Part shown: one piece after another, positions 63,901-64,000 of the stretch
Position numbering within the stretch: the stretch's first letter is position 1
Layout: each line of letters opens with the position of its first letter
Origin: Bacteroidia bacterium
Lineage (GTDB): Bacteria; Bacteroidota; Bacteroidia; Bacteroidales; VadinHA17
Direction of reading: 5' to 3'
NCBI GenBank assembly: GCA_041480425.1
Contig: JBGOZX010000005.1
Coordinates: 2,568 to 66,567, forward strand
DNA length: 64,000 nt
The notes under the pieces: generated by a model
Seen by the model: only the letters and a program-made list of their open reading frames with translations
Database searches by the model: none
Told to the model about the DNA's origin: nothing
Program-made: the position numbers and the translations under genes

Positions 63901-64000
63901 CGTGAAAAAGGTGTTAACGGCGACAGGGAGATGGCTTATGCACTCTGGCTGGCAGGCTTTGATGTGAAAGATGTACACATGACCGACCTTATCAGTGGAA
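60946..64000 (+). CDS. purL: Phosphoribosylformylglycinamidine synthase, single-chain large form (5' partial; continues beyond the window)
   Basis: It is absent from the ORF track because no stop is reached. The frame is open from the ATG at 60946 to 64000. It encodes [26 protein letters not shown] and, near the end, the amidotransferase start [34 protein letters not shown]. Confidence 0.95.
   Translation, partial: [1018 protein letters not shown]

Overview
The window is low-GC and looks like an anaerobic member of the Bacteroidota. Supporting signs are TAnnTTTG-type promoter boxes, few Shine-Dalgarno sites, DUF3347 and DUF3127 genes, and a fused CzcA-OMF pump. All family assignments come from motifs read by eye; no database search was run.

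Gene content, in order:
- 1-3.7 kb: tail of a heavy-metal efflux island (CusB-like adaptor with a metal-binding domain, DUF3347, a heme-binding protein, a CDF-like transporter).
- 3.7-5.6 kb: a LarE-type sulfur transferase next to a ThiF/MoeB-rhodanese enzyme.
- 5.8-11 kb: dinB, a divergent SNF2 helicase and a C-N hydrolase.
- 11-38 kb: a hydrogen-metabolism island, which dominates the centre of the window.
  - A trimeric NuoEF-coupled [FeFe] hydrogenase (hydCBA, minus strand).
  - After a three-gene gap (LVIVD lipoprotein, beta-barrel protein, HAD hydrolase), a rex-hypFCDEAB operon (minus strand).
  - Divergent from rex, a run of about 19 plus-strand genes. It joins a sulfhydrogenase beta/gamma-like NAD(P)H module, a stand-alone cNMP-binding protein and a HycB-like ferredoxin to a complete Mrp-coupled group-4 [NiFe] hydrogenase, its endopeptidase and a zinc-ribbon protein.
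- 38-64 kb: transketolase, a penicillin-acylase-family protein, a czcD-adaptor-czcA::OMF metal efflux operon, housekeeping genes (mnmD, FKBP and cyclophilin PPIases, a phosphoesterase, dcp) and the 5' 3 kb of purL, which is missing from the ORF track because it runs off the window.

Most interesting observations:
- The chimeric NAD(P)H-module/Mrp-[NiFe] hydrogenase operon.
- Two palindromic Rex-type boxes placed exactly on the rex and operon start codons, plus a variant box upstream of hydC.
- hypF has no canonical start codon; a CTG overlaps the rex stop as CTGA.
- A 23S-IVS-type four-helix-bundle gene is inserted inside the hydrogenase operon. It is flanked by 13-bp perfect inverted repeats and carries an in-frame TGA.
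- Several families of G/C-run hairpin repeats sit at gene ends.
- A phased array of CTCTGTG heptamers lies between dcp and purL.

No CRISPR array, tRNA, rRNA or transposase gene was seen.
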